Positions 24,110-26,008 of a stretch of DNA of 26,008 nt are shown one piece after another. Both the position numbers and the translations under genes were made by a program. The stretch's first letter is position 1; every line of letters starts with the position of its first letter. Source of the DNA: a virus (taxonomy: Duplodnaviria; Caudoviricetes); IMG/VR virus record IMGVR_UViG_3300047363_000156, positions 1 through 26,008 of that record; one strand, given 5' to 3'. The notes under the pieces were generated by a model. The model ran no database searches. It saw only the letters and a program-made list of their open reading frames with translations, and was not told where the DNA came from.

Positions 24110-24666
24110 AACGCCTCCACAAACGCAAATGTAAACCCGTACAAACTAGCCTGATTTATTGACCAGCCAATGTCATTTGAGGACATACGCCATAGGCTTT
24201 TGGGTTGCGTAAAGTCGCAAGCCTGACTAATAGCAATGCTTTCTTTTAACGGTGGCTGAAAGTGAAGCGTCCCAGCTCCCGCAGATTTGTCGGCAGTGGT
24301 TATATACAAGTAATTACCGAGCTGAAAATAAGTGCCAGCATCAACAGCCGAACCGCCTACCGCTATGTCTAGTGTTTCGTCCCTCGCATCTGCCGCACTT
24401 GCCAAGGTTGCATTTGCATTGCTGGTATGCAAGGGATTCCCAAAGGTAAACGTCCCAGATCGACCTTTAAGCCCGATAATAAACGCCTCTACCTGCTTTG
24501 CTTCTGTATAAGTCAGCGGTGGCAATGTAACCTCGCACTCCCATCGTGCGCCTTGGTGCGTGTAGACTTGTGTGTCAAGTGTGAATGGAGACTCAGACAC
24601 CGATACAACGCGCTTTAACCTCATGGTTAGATCAGTAGTTCCTACGTTGGGGAAAGTTAACGGCAT
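24106..24666 (-). CDS. distal tail protein
   Basis: SPFT...Q.....G.RW....TLPPL...F...LKG; ends FVEAL; immediately follows the tape measure. Confidence 0.8.
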   Translation of the reverse strand: MPLTFPNVGTTDLTMRLKRVVSVSESPFTLDTQVYTHQGARWECEVTLPPLTYTEAKQVEAFIIGLKGRSGTFTFGNPLHTSNANATLASAADARDETLDIAVGGSAVDAGTYFQLGNYLYITTADKSAGAGTLHFQPPLKESIAISQACDFTQPKSLWRMSSNDIGWSINQASLYGFTFAFVEAL

Positions 24667-24669
24667 CAG

Positions 24670-26008
24670 TTATGCTCCCAAAGCCTTGCCATACGAGCCG
24701 CCTCTCATGCGCGAGTCAGCAACAGCGTTCTTAGCCGCATTAGCAATCTGAGGCATTAGTGTGGCAATTTCAGCGCGTACAGTCTGTTGTACGCCTGTTG
24801 TGACATTAATATTCTGAACTATTGTCACACCGCCAGTGGATTGCCCCTTTGCATGATCAACAACGGTCTCTCGCGGGTGAACCATGGCCATAAAGCCGCC
24901 TTTACCGTCAAGACCGCCTGACCTGGCTCCGTTACCTGTAAAGCCACCGCCATCAAAGCTAATGTTGCCAATATTGTTTATGCCACCCCTCTGATTCAAC
25001 GTGCCAAGGTCTCCGACACCGCCCTGCCCTCCGATTGGCCCAAATTTTTTAGTAAACGCACCAAATAACTGGTCAATGATTAACTTTTGCACTGCAATTC
25101 GCAACAACGAATCCACTACACTTTTCGCCATCGCCTTAATTGAGTCCGCAAAGTTTTCCGCACCTGTAATAGCGTCAACAAACCCATCGCCAAGCTCGTC
25201 AAATATAGGGCGATAAGTGTCCTTAAACTCTCGCATAGCCTCTTCTTGCTGTCGTATCTGCTCTCGCATCTGCACAGCGGCATCTGCAATCTCTTCAGCT
25301 TTTTGCTTTTCGAGCGCCTTGGCTGCTTTTAACTTTAGCGCAGCAACGTCACTAAGATACTTAGCCTCTAGCTGTAACAGCAAATTATCTCGTTCTTTCT
25401 TATCCTCAACAGCTTTCTCAAGCAACTCTTTGTCTGCGGCATAGTTGGCATCTAACAACTGACGCTCAGTCATAAGCGCGGTTTTTATGCGCTCCAAGCC
25501 TAACTTCTGCCTAGATTCTTCTGCCTTGGCAATTCTTTCTGCCTGAGCGTCTAGCTTGTCTTGCGCTCGCATGTCAGCTTCGGCAACCTTTAAAGCCTCT
25601 TTGCTTGCCTTTTCATGTTGCTTTTGACGCTCAACGCGATCTTGCTCGGCTTTTTTAAGCTGGTGTAGTTGCTTAATTCTTTCTGTTATCTGCTTCTTCT
25701 CTTCATCGCCAAGCGCCATTGCCTGAACTCGATAAAGCTCAACAGCTTCCTCAGACTTGCCAAAAAGAGCAATCTCTTCATTTAACTGATCTAGCTTTTT
25801 CTTACCTGCAACTGTGCCGCCACTAGCAATGTGGTTTAAAAGTTCCTGCTCTTCTCTTAGCTCTTGCAGTTGCGCTGCTGACGCTTTGGTCGCCGACTCA
25901 AACTCATCTTGCCCTTCAATATATTGCTGAGTCGCCAAAAAACCAGAATAAACAGCTCTCCTGCTTCGATTAACTTCCTCTGTCATCTCGCCAGTGGCAT
26001 CAGCGTTC
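24670..26008 (-). CDS. tail tape measure protein, C-terminal part (runs off right edge)
   Basis: Long helical E/K/A-rich region; FDGGGFTG.G.RSGGLDGKGGF.AMVHPRETVVDH motif; frame is open to the window edge. Confidence 0.9.
   Translation of the reverse strand, partial: NADATGEMTEEVNRSRRAVYSGFLATQQYIEGQDEFESATKASAAQLQELREEQELLNHIASGGTVAGKKKLDQLNEEIALFGKSEEAVELYRVQAMALGDEEKKQITERIKQLHQLKKAEQDRVERQKQHEKASKEALKVAEADMRAQDKLDAQAERIAKAEESRQKLGLERIKTALMTERQLLDANYAADKELLEKAVEDKKERDNLLLQLEAKYLSDVAALKLKAAKALEKQKAEEIADAAVQMREQIRQQEEAMREFKDTYRPIFDELGDGFVDAITGAENFADSIKAMAKSVVDSLLRIAVQKLIIDQLFGAFTKKFGPIGGQGGVGDLGTLNQRGGINNIGNISFDGGGFTGNGARSGGLDGKGGFMAMVHPRETVVDHAKGQSTGGVTIVQNINVTTGVQQTVRAEIATLMPQIANAAKNAVADSRMRGGSYGKALGA

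Noticed and set aside
1-26008. tRNA, rRNA, integrase, transposase
   Set aside because: None recognised; lifestyle (temperate or lytic) cannot be determined from this window.

Overview
A 26-kb fragment of a tailed dsDNA phage (siphovirus-like gene order; probably a marine proteobacterial host, inferred). Almost all genes are on the - strand. Reading right to left (the direction of transcription): tape-measure C-terminus, distal tail and tail-tip genes with an embedded GNAT acetyltransferase, a J-like tail tip protein, a tail fibre with an S74 chaperone, a lysis cassette (three membrane proteins plus an M15 endolysin), a small HTH gene, a T5 A1-like metallophosphoesterase/nuclease, DUF3310, VRR-NUC (the only supported + strand CDS), a Sak4/SSB/Cas4-like/helicase/primase-helicase module ending in an iteron-like repeat cluster, small accessory genes, a putative virion gene bracketed by 27-bp-period repeats, an early island containing an Ocr-like acidic DNA mimic, and a cos-like site near 640-680. 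Most interesting: (1) a probable ~58-nt anti-Shine-Dalgarno sRNA with its own promoter and terminator; (2) accessory genes bounded by identical RBS/start-codon direct repeats, resembling exchangeable cassettes; (3) Ocr-like and A1-like host-takeover genes in a phage that is neither T7-like nor T5-like; (4) the repeat arrays at the edge of the early island. Family assignments come from motif recognition by eye; no searches were run.
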